A DNA stretch of 64,000 nt, from NCBI GenBank assembly GCA_030265395.1, contig JARFYF010000029.1, forward strand, positions 13,594,628-13,658,627. The letters run 5' to 3'. Positions 25,105 through 39,000 of the stretch are shown here, in pieces. Origin of the DNA: Rhina ancylostomus (lineage: Eukaryota). Under the pieces are notes generated by a model. The model had not been told where the DNA came from and made no database searches. It saw only the letters and a list, made by a program, of their open reading frames with translations. Both the position numbers and the translations under genes were made by a program. The first letter of the stretch is position 1, and each line of letters starts with the position of its first letter.

Positions 25105-26504
25105 GTGAGTATAAATCTGCCAAGGAGGGGCTTACTACATCTTGAGGAGGGAGGAGGGATGTGAATCAAAGGTACACTTGGGATCGATGACTTATGTTGT
25201 GCGGAAAAGCCATGCTAATGAGAGCTGAATAGAATCTGAATTTACCAAAGAACATTATATTGTTTTGCTGAATAAAATGTTCATGATATTTTACTTACTG
25301 AAAATACTGATCTTAGATGCTGCTTAGGATTTGTATTTTGCTTCTTGATATAATAAATGTGGTTAACACAATTAACAATCTTTATATTCCTGAATTCAAA
25401 TATGAAATACAATTCCAAGAGTGGTAAAAGTAATTTCTAGAAGCTGTGGTATGAACATAATGCAGTAATTATTTTATTATCAGTTGATATCAGTTGTTTA
25501 CTGTACAGTTTAATTTCAAAATAATCAAAGTTGTAGAGAAATAGTTTCCTGATATTTTAACACGGATGATTTTCTTTTTAAAAATATAAAAAATGACACT
25601 CTGGGGAATCTTATGGATTAATATGTTGGTGAAATGGAGAATATTTTCTTACATGTCAGTCAAACTGTGATTTATGTGTTATTCTGCACTGATTGATTTC
25701 TTCTGAAGAGGTGAGCTTTCCTTCCATTGTGCACATTTATACAGAAAGTTGTTTGTTCAGGCTTTTCTTTAAAACACTTGCCTCCAAAAGTGTGTTAATG
25801 TGAAAGATAGGAGAATGTTCTAATTTAGTTTACATGTACATAAGATTTTTTTAAAGTGCATAATACTTTTCTTTTAATTGAATAATAGTTTTGCAGTCTA
25901 ATGGTCCTGCAGGCTTAAATTTGTCATCTCCTTTGTCATCCCATATCTAAGTTTTGATTTGTTCTTTGAACTGATCAATGTGGACAGGAGAGATTGCTGC
26001 AACTAGTTTGCTGTGTCCCTTCCAGCAACACACATTTTTTTTTGCCTTGAGGTACAATTACTACTGACAAACATTTAGATGTGGTGAAGATTGTACTCCT
26101 GTGCAAAAGAAAATATAAGGTCAATTCACAGGGAGTGTGAGAGGTTGGTTAAGACTGCATAAAATAATACAAAAGCGTATATGTAATTTAAAAAAATTCT
26201 GTGTACAAACCAAGCTTTTAAAAGCATTGTCTAACTTGGAACTGTTGGCAATTTCCCCGGTAACTCCTGCAAGTTTCAAGACTCCTGCATGAAAGTAAAA
26301 GTCCAAATTCTTTATATTGTTGACCAAGCCCAGCTGGTGATCTCCCAGATGGGCTCTACAATTAGTTTCTCTATGGTGGAGCTTTCTGGGATTCCTGAAT
26401 ACTTGGGGAATCTGTTCCTGGATCTTGTGCCCTGGTTGGGAATGGCACAGTTCATTTGATACATACAGCTGTGATGGAGAAAGGTAAGAGCAAGACATGA
26501 TGTA

Positions 26505-28635
26505 TTTTTAATAGAAACAGAAGGTGCTGTAAGTACTCTGCAGGTCAGGCAACGTCTATGGAGAGGGAAACTGTTTTTGTGTTTCAGGTTGATGACCATT
26601 CATCAGAACTGGGATAAAATAGAAGTGGCACATGTTCAGATTGCAGAGAAAGGGAGGAGTGGAGATAACAATGGGGATACCTGTGACATGGTGGAGCTCA
26701 AGAGAAACTAAACTGAACACAAAGCTGGTGGTGCTGGCTGATACAGGGTATTGAAAACATATTAATCACAGCTGATCTGTCTGGAGAAGATTAAATATGA
26801 TTAAAAATGGTGGAATTGTGAGATATAAAACAAATATTTATTTCTTCCTTGATTCTTTCATCCATTGTCAAGTCTTTTCTCATTTACATCCACGACACCT
26901 CTGATACTCTCTGCCACTTTTCCAACGGGTCCAATTTCACCATAGATGTATAATTCCTCCACATCTCCATTCCATGCCAAGATGGCCTTGAGGGATCTTT
27001 ACTTCTCCCTCGAACAGAGGCCGAACGAGTTCCCTTCCACCCCTAGCCTGGCTGAACTTGTTCTCACATTCTTCAACGTTTTCTTTAACTCTACACTTTT
27101 CCTCCAAATCAAAGGTGTAGCTACGGGGACCTGCATGAATCTAAAGCATGCTTCACTCTTTGTGGTGCATGTAGATCATTTCTTTCTTCAGTCATACTCA
27201 CGTCTCTTCTCTCACCTCTCTTTCTGCTACACTGATGACTCTATTGATGTTCTTCTCGCTTTCATAAAGACAAACATTTCATTACCATTGCTCCCGATTT
27301 TTAACTGTGCTTTCACTTTCACCTGGTTCAATACTGACTCTTTTTCAATTTCTATCCTTTCACTTCAGGGGATTGATTAATAACTAATATCCATTACAAG
27401 CCCACAGACTCCCACAGCTATCTTGACCTTACCTACTCCTACCCTGGCTCCTGTGAGGTGGTCATTCCATTCTCCCACTCTCTCTGGCTCTGTTGCATCT
27501 ATTCTGATGATAACACTTTCCAAACCAATGCTTCTGAGACATCTTTCTTCTTCCTTTATAGTGGCTTCCCCTCCACTGCAGTTAACAACAGTCTCTGTTT
27601 CATTTCAAGCACTTCTGTTCTCACCCATTCACTTCCCACTCAGAGCAGGATAGGGTTGCCCTTGTCCTCAACTTCCATCCCAACTGCATTCACTTTGAAT
27701 AGATCATTCTCTGTAATCAGTGCGAAGCCACTACCAGCACCTCCCCTTACAGCTTTCTGAAGGGACCATTCTCTCCGTAACTCCCTGTTTCACTCTTCAA
27801 TCTCCACTGACCTTTCCTCCCTGCTCAGCACTTTCCAATGGAACCGCAAGAGATGTAATGCCTGTACTTCTACCTACTCAGATTTAATGATTCAAGATCC
27901 TAAGTACTCCTTCCAGATGAACCAGCAACTCAGTTGAACTTTAGCGTCTATCATTCAGTGCTCATGGTTTGGTCTCTTCTATATTGGAGAAACCAAACAA
28001 TGTTCTGGTGTCTGACTTGCAGAACATCTCCATTCATTTTGCTGGTCACTTTAATTCTGCATCCGCTCTTACTCTGATCTTTGTGGTTTTAGTTCTTAGA
28101 CTGTTTTTGAGTTCAAGGAACAGCACCTCATCTTTTGACAAGCCACATTGCAACCCTCAGGATTCAACATTGAATAAAACAATTTTATAGAATCAGCCAT
28201 TCCAGTTTGTATCAAAATTAGCTAGTTCTTATCAAGGATGATCAACCGAAAACATTAACTCCATTTGCTCTCTCCACACATGATGCCTGAACTACAAACT
28301 ACAATTTCCACAAACTATAGTGTTTAGTATCCCACCATTTCAGCATTAACTTTTCTCACTCTGTCTGTCCTTATTCCTCCAGACAGATCAGCTGCAATAA
28401 TGATGCTGCTACCAACAGCTTTTGTGTCACTTAGTCACCACACTATCGCACATGTTCCTATTCCATTCTCTATGACAAAACATGTTTGATTTCTAACTTC
28501 TCCTAGTTTTGCAAAAAGTTATTTGACCTGCAATTCTGACTCTTATTCTCTCCCCAAAGATGCTTCCTGACTTGCTATTTCCAGCAGTTTCAGTTTTCAT
28601 TTCAGATTTCCACCATCTTCAGTTTTTTGCTTTTC
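26505..28635 (+). mobile_element. Penelope-like element: decayed RT and GIY-YIG endonuclease, inverted 5' pLTR, 3' pLTR(s)
   Basis: RT motifs QIKGVATGTCM…SLFV, CYTDD (YIDD), IHYKPTDSHSYL; GIY-YIG motif GLFYIGETK (about 27970-27997). 26505-26800 (-) is homologous to 28370-28635 (+), e.g. ctccagacagatcagctg. Confidence 0.85.
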
Positions 28636-31189
28636 ATGTTTTCTTTTAAACTATTTGGGTTTGCTTTCGTGTTTTTTATTTAAAGTTTTCTATGAGTATG
28701 TATTTTAAAATTGTTTGTTTGACATAATTTTAAATGTTTTCTATGTCAAGTATGTTGAGAAGTATTGAAAAAAATGACAGCTATGACGGATGCAAATCTG
28801 AGGCTGAGGGTTTGCCATTGGTCAATGGTTTCAGGAGGGGGTGTGGGCGGGGCTTGCTTTGTCCAGCCCACGTTACCTGGCTAGGTCATTTGAGGCTCTC
28901 ACACCACACAGCTCTGGGATAGTCCAGGCCAGCAAGATCAACTTTGTAGGTCTGACCATAAATTGGGGGCAATGAGGAGCAAAGTGGTCTTCATTCAACA
29001 AAATCTGGGCCATAATCTATACTTTGTGGAAGATTCTATGTTCCCATCTCTTCCCTTCACCAGTGTCAGGTTAGACAGTGCAGACGTGTGATGTTCCAGC
29101 TTGCATTGGGCACAACAAATAAAACTTTGTTCCCAGCAGTATTATTTGATATGTGTTTGATTGGAAAGCTCTCAGAACCCTTGTTCTTTTACAAGCTACG
29201 TTAACAAACTTGACAGAAATGCAAAAGGTTGCAAATTATCCACAAATGAGGACTGTAGTTTGCCAAGTAGGGGAATGAGAAAGCTGTAATGTTTGTAAAC
29301 CCTGTATGACTCTGGATCTAACTTTGCCCATCTAACCCAGTTTACAAATTGGCCAATAAAGTATGATTTGTTTTACCTGAATATACGTTATTTGAAGTTT
29401 AAACACTGTTATTTACTTGACATTTCTGCTTCTGTTTTTTGAAGAAGCCACAGTACTACGAATGTTTTAGAATAAAATTCTACCTTGTCTAAGTATAAAG
29501 GAAGGTTTGATTAAATTGTTGAGAAAAGTGCTGCTGATAATGAATTTGAGTGTATTGTTTGGATGAGAACTTATTCATTAATTTGCACATTATGCTGTTG
29601 TTTGTTTCTCATGTATAACAGATGGCTGTCACCAAAACCTGTGGTTGCATTTGCCACTGGAATAATTGTTAAGACACGTACAAATGTAATCTCTCCTCAT
29701 GTTGGAAAGCCATTTCCCTTTCTTGCCTTCCTTTTCATGACATTCTCTTTGGTCTCTTGATATTAGTTTTACATTCTTTCACTTCCCGCCATTCTACAAG
29801 CAAAATGTTTTGGTAATCCAGCCTAATGGGTCAACTAAAACTGTAATCTCATTGTGAAGGGAATCAAGAGTACAAGCCTATATCCTAAATATGACCATTT
29901 CACTGGACCACCTTCAAGTATATGTTTATGAACAATTATGATTATCAATATAATATCATAATCAATATGATTATCAATAATCATTTTCATTATTGATTTC
30001 GGAGAACTTGAGGGGAAAGATTGAGTAGGCAGCAGGCTGCCCTTCAAAGTAGTGTGTTTATAAGGGATTTGAATAATGCTCCTTTTCATGTGGAAGATTT
30101 GGATTAAAATGTTTCTCCATTTTCAGTTGCTGCCCTACAGATAGTTACTGGATTTTCTACATCTGCTAGCAGAAGGAAAACTTCCATTAAGAAAAGTAAA
30201 TACTTTTCACCCATAGTATGCCAAGTGCTTTATTAGATCTCTTGTTTGTAAATCTCATATGGCTATGATTCTAGTTTTGATTGCATCATCTCTTTGCCTC
30301 AATGGTTGTCAACTTCGTAGACTGCTTTACTGACAGATGAGTTACAAACTGACAAATCTGTTCCTTAGAATTCTAAACAAATTAACTGCAATAAATATTG
30401 CAGAATTAATGTACGTGAGAGCAGATGCATTATTGAGAAATTTAGTCCAAAATCCATATTGTTAACTGATTAACATCTCCCAGATAGAGAAAAATTTATA
30501 GTGAATAATTTTAGTAAATAATGAAGAGGCTAACATCACACCTCAGAAAGACAAACAAATTGGGAAATGGACAGATAAATATGGATGAAAATTATATCAA
30601 GATAATATAGTACAATACAATTTCCAAGTTATGCAAGCAAAAATGTCCACTGTTAATGTAGGTTGACATAATTTGAAATAAAATTAAAGATCTAGAAAAT
30701 GTCCTTAAGATTAAAATCATTTTGCATACATTATAAAAGTATGTAAGCTGATGTTAAATGGTTATCAACAGTGTAACACAGAACATTTCAGTTGTGCCAA
30801 ATTGCGTTTGTTTATTTTGTGCTTTTTCTAGTTGGAAAAGACCCCTAGTAATAAGGGGGATAAACAGCAATGTGGGATGTTATTTTAACCCATGTTTATT
30901 TTTGGGATGCGTTCCCAGGCGCAGTCCCAACTTCAGTCATAAACATACAGGCCTCCCTATCTGAGACTGTCAGCCAGATTGTTTTGGCATGCGAGAGAAA
31001 TTATCATCTGGCTAAACCTATTCTACTTGTTCATATATTCAGCACTACTAAGGCTGATTGCTGTGGGGTGGGGTGGGAACAATAATCTAGGTGGCATTTT
31101 ATTGGAAAGTGTCACAGTTAATTTATGAAAGCCATCTTGAATTTGTTAATGAAGCTTGTATTTAATTAAATTAACTGTCCACAAATAAA

Positions 31190-31900
31190 GTAACACAGAT
31201 GAACAGTGTGGGCAATGCTGTGTACATGAATTTTTATGAAGTGCAAATATTATTTAGCAGAATGGGTATAAAATTGGCTGAAGAATAGAAACCAGAGAAC
31301 ATCAGTGAATGGTGTGGGGGAATATGCTGTTTTTCAGTGCTTAGTATTTAGAACACTGTTCTTTTTAATGCATGTTAAAGATCAAGACTTGGGCATATAT
31401 GACATAATTTCAAAGTTTTAAGATGACATTAAACTTAGAAATGTGACAGATAATGAGGATGTTAACAAATTTCAGGAAAGCATAGAGAGATTGTTGATGT
31501 GCATAGGTGAGTAGTGTATAACATTTTGTGCAGAGAAAACTGAAATGATGCATTTTGGTCAAAAGAATCAGAAGAGGTTAAATGATATACCTCTGGAGGG
31601 GTCCAGGAACAGAGGGAGTGCTGGATTTTTTGAAGATGTAAGTCTCTTATGAAGCATGTGGGATCCTTGGCTTTAAAATAGATAATAATAGAAAAAAACA
31701 AGAAGGGTATGGTAAACATTTTCAAACCATTAGTTAGGTCTTATCTGGTTATTGCGTTCAATCCTGGGCATCATTCTTCAGGAAAGACATCATGGCTTTG
31801 GAGAAAATATAGAAGAGTGACTTCAGTTAAGAGAAACTGAAGCCGATTGGATTGGAGATTTCTCCATGGAACATCAAGGTTTAGGAATGGATTTGACACA
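31190..31900 (+). mobile_element. Decayed CR1 ORF2 fragment
   Basis: NWLKNRNQR, a FADD-like remnant ttttaagatgacattaaact, MHFG, and a LVRPHLEYCVQFW-like remnant ttagttaggtcttatctggttattgcgttcaatcctgg. Confidence 0.65.
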
Positions 31901-32974
31901 ACTGGTCTACCAAAGACACATCCAATGAATTGCCTACTCATGTGCTGTGGTGCCCCTGATGTTCAGAAGCATTCCAAAATAATTACAATGAAATTATTTA
32001 CAGTATTCTGTTAAAAATGATACGAATTTTAAAACTCTGGCAAATCATCCATCAGCCATTCAAACACCTCCACCATCAGTGGAGGTGAAAGATGAGGATG
32101 AAGAAGCCACAGTGATGTGCACCGTGGTGAAAGTTTGTCAGATCTGTGAGATATTTTTGAGATGCAAAACTTGATTTGGGATGAGATGGGGAAATGCCTG
32201 GATCAGGAATTTACACTACAACTTGGTGCTTTGGTATGTACCTGTGGAGGACAGCTGAATGCCCACATGCAAATGAACTGAACTTCTGGCCAAAGCATGG
32301 CTTATTTGGAAATGGGCTCAGATCTTCCAGACAGCCTGCAACTGGAACAACTCCAGTTGTTGCCTTGTGAAGGTGGAGGAGCTTTCAGAAGTTACCCTGA
32401 TGGCATAATACATTAGACCCACAGACTGGGGGGGGCGGGGGGGTGTTAGAGCACTGAGATCTGAGTCTGTTTACACTGCCTGTTGAGTGTACCATCCTTG
32501 CAGAAATTATCCAGATCCTCCTCCTGGCAGAGGAATGGGGAGAGCCCCAAGGGAATCTTGATTGCCACTTCCCAAAATTAACCTGAAATATTTGTCTACT
32601 ATTTTTCAAAATAAAGATACTTGAATATGACTTCAACAGTGAAAGCTGCAGTTAATAATTATTCAAATAATTTGCTCTTGTTAAGAGCAAAATTTGTGCA
32701 TTACAATTATTGAGCCCCCAACTATAACCTTTTGTTTTTTGTTTCTCTTTTATTTCAGATAATGTTCTGTAACTAAGAAGGCAGCTCCAGGCCTTTGTTT
32801 TTAGAGGTGTTCACAGTTGGTAGGAGGAGAGTGTATCCGCAAAAAACCCTACTAACTTGTTCTTATTAGCATAGGCCAGAAGAAGCCATAGAATAGTACC
32901 TGTTTACATTTATCATGTGATCTCCGGTTTCTTCTTTTGAAATAAAGCTTAGTCTGATTCTTTTTAAAGAGTAG

Positions 32975-33162
32975 TACGGGAACTTGTGGGTTAATAGGTT
33001 AATTGGCCACTGTCAATTTAGGTGAGCAGTAGAATCTAAGGGGAACATGGGGAGAATAAATATGAGATTAATGTAGGATTAGAGTAAATGGGTGGTTGAT
33101 TGTTGATAGGGATTCAGTGGGCCAAAGGGCCCATTTCCATGTTGTACCTTTCCATGACTCTA
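32975..33162 (+). mobile_element. V-SINE 3' half with CR1-like tail
   Basis: ggttaataggttaattggccactgt…gtgggccaaagggcccatttccatgttgtacctttccatgactct. Confidence 0.7.
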
Positions 33163-35477
33163 AATCTAAGAACATGCATGACTCCCACCAATAATATGAT
33201 TTTGGCTCCAATTTTCTTGGTAATAATAGGACAGAGACTAAGGATTAATATTATCCTGTTAGCAAGTTTATGACTGTTGAAAGCAATCTTTCACAATTAC
33301 CATATGAATTTCATCTTTTGAAAACCTCTCTGAGATCCCTGTCTAGGTCACATCTTGTTTCTGCAATGTAGAAAGATGGACAACACATTCACTGTTTAAA
33401 GTTGAGGTGCAGCAGAGTTACCATTTCACAAGTTAAAGTCTCGAGGGATATGAATGTTGTGACAGATTTAACAGTGTAAATCAAACAAAGAACCTCCTGT
33501 GGTGAAATCAAAATCCCAAAAATTGACACATCTTAGCAGAGTCCTCTGCAAAATCTAGATTTACATCAACTCTATTTCCTTTACATTCACCATTCATTTA
33601 AAAAAATCAATTAAATAATGACTGAAACAGGAGCCATTGTTCATAGATCACATTAATTGTTCTCAAACAAGTTGTGATTCTCCTGTGTGTTCCCTCATTT
33701 CATGCTGCATTGAGTTGCTGAAGGGTAACGTTTCAACAGAACAATTCAAGTGGGATATCTCGCTTCCTGACAGCCACCACTTATTCACTCTATGAAAATA
33801 CTCCATGATATTAAGATCCTCTATTGTCTTCTTTTAGCCTTTTCTGCTCCAGTGGAAGTAAGCCTAATTTCTCATCAACATATGACTGTTCCATCCTAGA
33901 AATGAGCCAATTCGCTATGCTCTGAGCCTTCAATGTCATTTCTATAATAGGGTGTCAAAATTATGCATTGTGCACTATGGCCTAAGCAATGTTTGGGACC
34001 TCCCTATCTCAACCTCTTTAAAAAAAAATGATTGGAGAATCTAAGTTTTAGACCAAAAGTTTTCAACATTTTTCCTGAGAGTTCAGTATGCTTTCCCTTG
34101 TACCTCTGTGAACCACTTTGGAAGTTTTTGAAATGTAGTGCAAGTGCTGTCAAAAATGAAGAGGAGGAGGCTTCTGATTTCAGTTCCAAGCCCTAAAGAT
34201 CGACTAACAATCAGCAGAATGTAGGTTCTCCCTGGGCATGGGTTGGAATTGGTGTCAGAACAAGCAGGGCAGAAAGTGAGGAGCAAAGCACAGGGTGGGA
34301 CAGTGGACCAATGACAGGCAGGAGTCACAGGAGAGGAACAGGTCAAGAATGCCCTGCTGAACCAGAAACTATAAACAGCTTTGCGGGTTTGCATTAGCAC
34401 TTTATGTTCCCTGAGGAGACTGAGCTTGCATTCTACCCAACCTTCAGCAATGTAGACAAAAGTAGTACGAAAGGGCCATGAGAATTGGCTGGCAGTCCTC
34501 AAATGACATTTCCCCCGAGATCTCCAGGAAGCTTCNNNNNNGTGTCAGTGGAGGGTGAAATGTGTCATGTCTATTTTACTTTCCTTTGACAGGATGTCAA
34601 CTCTTCCAAAAAGGATTTAATTTTCTAGATAACAGGATAGAAGCACATTTTGTTGCTTGTGTTTTGATTCTTCATCTGTTGTTTCAGTATATTTAATGTG
34701 TTTCTTGTGACAACATAGTTAAGAGCTTTATATCAAGTCCATGAAGCCTACAACCTTGAGAAATACACTGGTTGGGCTGAAATGGATGTGGAGGGGGCCT
34801 GGAGCCTGTACCAGCAGCCTCGAACATTAAAAAATCTGAAAGGCTACATGGGTTCATGGGTGAACATTGTTGCAACCAGATCTGCTATCATTTACATCAA
34901 TAATTTCTTGTATTGTATTGAGCATATACTAGAAGATTAGTTTGAAAACAACATTTTTTAGATTATAAAATTGTGCTTGAATGACTTCAGTTATCACATT
35001 AATGCAGTGCTTTATGAATTGGTCCTGAGTTTAGTTCTTTTTCTAGTTTAGAAACATGGAGCCTATTCCATTGTACATTTAGATCAAGACTGTTGTGTGC
35101 CTTACTTAGATTTACTTGCATTCCTTCCAAAAACAATGCTGTCCTTGTCTTTATTCACACCCAACTCTCATTTGCTTATAGTTCCTGAGATTTTGACTGA
35201 CATCAATCCTCGTCTGGCACCTCCTCAATTTTTGCAAAAAAACCCATATCTTTGTTTCCTAATCCATCCATTGTGTTACCCTTTCCGATTACCATTGTCC
35301 CGCTTTCCATCCCTTCAAGATCTCTGTGCACATGTAACTGTTGTCTCTTGTGCATCATTTTACTTCCCCTGTCCAGGCACTCCTCAGCTCTCATCTTCCT
35401 TCCCAGTTGTCCTTGTTTGCCTGCGCCTCTCCTCTTTTGAGATTATTGGCCAAACTTTTGGTCATCCACCTCAATAG

Positions 35478-36042
35478 GAGTAAAACTCCAGTAATCTGGC
35501 AACATAATGTTCAGAAATCCTGATGGTTCAACACTAGGGACATTTAAGAGATTCTTAGAAAGACAAATGAATGATAGAGAAATGGGGGGCTATGCGGGAG
35601 GGAAGGGTTAGATAGATATTAGAGCAGGATAAAATGTCGGCACAACATTGTGGCCAGAGGTCCTGTACTGTGCTGTTATATTCTATCTGGCTCGCTCCTT
35701 ATTTTGGAATATAAACTGGGGATTTGGACTGCAAATGGGGTGTGTGCCCAGTGCCAGAGTCTGGACTATGGGCCAGCTGTGCAGCCAGAGCCAGGACCGG
35801 GGCGAGTGAAACATCAAGGACCAGGAACATGGATAGATGTGACTGGAACAGGGGTCCAGAGTGCTTCTACATTTTCCAGTTCCTTAAACTCACCAGATTC
35901 ATTGGAAAATCTAGTATAATACCATGTAACATATTTTTTAAAAAATGAAATAAAAGTTTGTTTGGGTATTAATAGTAATCATATCCAGCCTGCTTGTCTG
36001 ACACCAAAGTCCCAAGGGTACTGGATTATTGGAGTTTTATTG
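35478..36042. mobile_element. Non-autonomous Tc1/mariner (Tigger/pogo-like) DNA transposon (MITE)
   Basis: TIRs gagtaaaactccagtaatctgg and ctggattattggagttttattg; TA at the right end (36043-36044). Confidence 0.65.
35537..35685 (+). mobile_element. CR1 3' end inserted in the MITE
   Basis: gggacatttaagagattcttaga…gtcggcacaacattgtggccagaggtcctgtactgtgctgttatattcta. Confidence 0.75.
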
Positions 36043-39000
36043 TATCTGTTTATGTGAATATGCTAGATCGTCATTTCTTAATGTACCTCTGAATTGCCTT
36101 GCTACTGATGCCCTTGATAAAGGACATCTGTCAGTTGTTTTGCTGTTTGTATAGTCATCCGGCAGGTAATGGAATCCAATCTCTCACCACTTATTCTGGG
36201 GACATGACCATCAACCTGATTTACCCATTCTCGATAATGGAAGATAAAGCAAATACCAGAAAGGTGGGCTGATCCTTTACGGCATTGTGGAAGTATAGAA
36301 ACAGCCTTTCATTCGACTGATTATTAAAAATGATGCAGCAGGAGTGGGAAGTGAGGGGGGAAAAGTGAAATAAATTCTGGAACAACTGCTGAAGGATAAG
36401 AATAGTTGAGGGACAAAAAAAAGCTACAATTTTTCAAACAAGATAGTGTGTTAAAAGCTTTCATGAAAGTGTGCCTGAAATAGTGGGTGCACTTAATATG
36501 TTACAAGTGGCAACCTTTCTGGTGGATTCAGATTCTGAAGACAAATTGTTAGTCCTATTTGAACATTTTAGGCATGGATGACATAAGTGCTGGAGACTGT
36601 AACAATGATTTATTTAATCAATCAGGATTTTTGGAGCACATGACACTTTGAGGTGTGAACATGTTTCAAGTGTATTGCAATGTGATACTAAGTGTGATGA
36701 ATACATCTCAGGTGTTGCCACAGTATTGCCCAATGGCCATTTTTCAAATATGGTGTTGAGTGTCATTGTCACATGCCAAACACAAGATGCTGAATTATAT
36801 TGGTTCTGTTGAGCAGTGGAGTGGGACATTGTTTTGATCTTAAGGTAATATCCCTCAGAATGGTATTATGCAAATCACGCCATGTTTACAGACGCTGGAA
36901 CAGGCAAATTTGTTTGCTTTTGCAAAATAGAAAATGTATATTGGAGATTGGGTACAATAGCTCTTTCTGATGCCTGTTTCAAAGGATCGTGACCATTACT
37001 TCAGTTACCCTTCATTCCATATAAACAAACCAGCAATATTTAGCTTAATGATTCACAGCTCCAACTGTCTGACAATCTGAAGTCTTGTCAACACTCCAGC
37101 CAAAAAATTGCTGGCTTTATCTTTAGAGTTCTTGTCCAATTTGAGGTGTTTCAAGTTAGGACTTGTCCAGCTTGAAGCTTGATCACACCAATTAACAAAT
37201 GATTTGTTCGATGCATTTAACTTTATCCTTGTCTTTTCCCATATTTGTAAGACTTATTGGAGCGCCATTGAAAAAATGTTGTCCGTTAATATTTGGGGTA
37301 TCGTCATATTAGTACACTCCCAAACAGAGAACTACACACACAGGAAACACTGGCTTGAGAAAGGTTGGCACCATTGCAACCCTGAATGTTCGATCGATGG
37401 ACTGACAAGTCTTGCTAGCAGTGTGGATCATGGAATAACCATAATCCACAAACAGTTGGGTTCAGCAATATGCAGAGCTGATATCATGAGACTCCAGTAC
37501 AGAGACAGAAGCTCCCTCCTGAATTAGGGTGAAGGTTTAAAGTTTCTAATTTTCCAGCAGTGTCTCTAATCCTTCATGTTCAGAAGAAGAGCCTCCAACA
37601 ATTTTCTCTGTGGGTACTAAGCCTGAGAATGACCTTTTGTGAGTCTGAATTGTCATCAGGTCGCTGGTAATTTGGTGCTGTTGCTGAATGACGTTGGAAA
37701 AGTTACCCTGAGACTTTAGCTAATGACACATGAAGGGCATCAGAGTTGGGAACCCACATTTTGTACATTCCGAGTAACCTGGGCTCCTCTGCAGCAGGAT
37801 TGCACCTTTAGAAAAGCAAAGCAAAATGGTTACTTCTCCATGTGAATTTACAGTGCATGTCCATAAGTAAACAGGCTTGATTTGAAGTAAATTTGATCTG
37901 GGGGAAGAAAAATGCTTAAAAGAGAGAATCCTGCTTTAGTGTACAGAATCACTTTTCAAGTAGTTCATCTAATTTGGAGTAAGTGTGTAATGCAATGATT
38001 TTACAAATGGATTTTGTCAGATGGTTCCAACTCCTGACTGCATGCATTCATCCAATTCAGTTGGTATAATGTAGGGGCTTGATATGATTTGAATTGCTTG
38101 TTAGATGAGTTTGGTATGAAATTTCTAGTATTTCAATAACTAATTACTTCACATTGCTAACATTTAAAACTGTAGACTGTCAAAGAAACCATTTATTTCA
38201 TGAAGTTCAATTTTATTTTGCTTTCACTGCCAAATTGCATTCCATTTAAAGAACAGAATATTTACAATTTAGACTGAAAAAGAAGGACTTTTCTGGCTCA
38301 GCACCACCTAACTGTTAATTCAGTAATGCTATTCTTCAGAACACTGAGTACATTTAACAACAAAAAAGTTGTGGGGGTGCAAATAGCTCTTATGCCCTTT
38401 TTAACACAAAGAATGCAACTAGCATGAGCAACATTTTGAAACTTTTTTAAATTGCCAATCAGCTAACACTGCAGTGGGTAGACTGTTATGAAACCAAATC
38501 TTTCGATTATTTTCAGAAGTATAACAAACTCGCAATATTCCCCTTCTTTTCAGATTCGCTCTCCTTTTTCCTAAAATGACTGCTAAATGTCATAAGATGG
38601 ATCTTAATGATTTATTTTTTTTCATGAAGACTTCTTTCATAAAATAGTTCATAGGTTCATGTTAGCAAACTATTAACTGTTTGGCAGAAAGTAGTTTTAT
38701 TTTTCCCTAATTTATCTAATTTATTTTGCCCCAAATTTATGTTTATCTTCATTATATTAATGGGATTGATCTTTTCAGCAATTGGATTCCAGTGGCTAGG
38801 ACATTATTAGGTGGCCTTTTGCATCTGCTCACTAATGTTCAGTTTCCAAGGTCAGTTGTTCATTCAAAGTTAGTCCAGAAGAAGGAAATGCACCCAACAC
38901 TGAGGAGTTCACTGATCAGAGCTGGGAGTAGCATTTGATGATCTGATAATTAACATGAAATCCTTGCCTGCAAATGCATGTTGTTGAGAAATTTATGATT

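Noticed and set aside
24942-25145. 67-aa ORF as a standalone gene
   Set aside because: Its ATG and stop are intronic; only 24970-25104 is bounded by splice sites.
29622-29672. Acceptor-like site followed by a Cys-rich peptide (MAVTKTCGCICHWNNC)
   Set aside because: Early stops, no EGF spacing and no convincing donor.
32428-32446. G-run as a G-quadruplex
   Set aside because: Two short G tracts only, with no supporting context.
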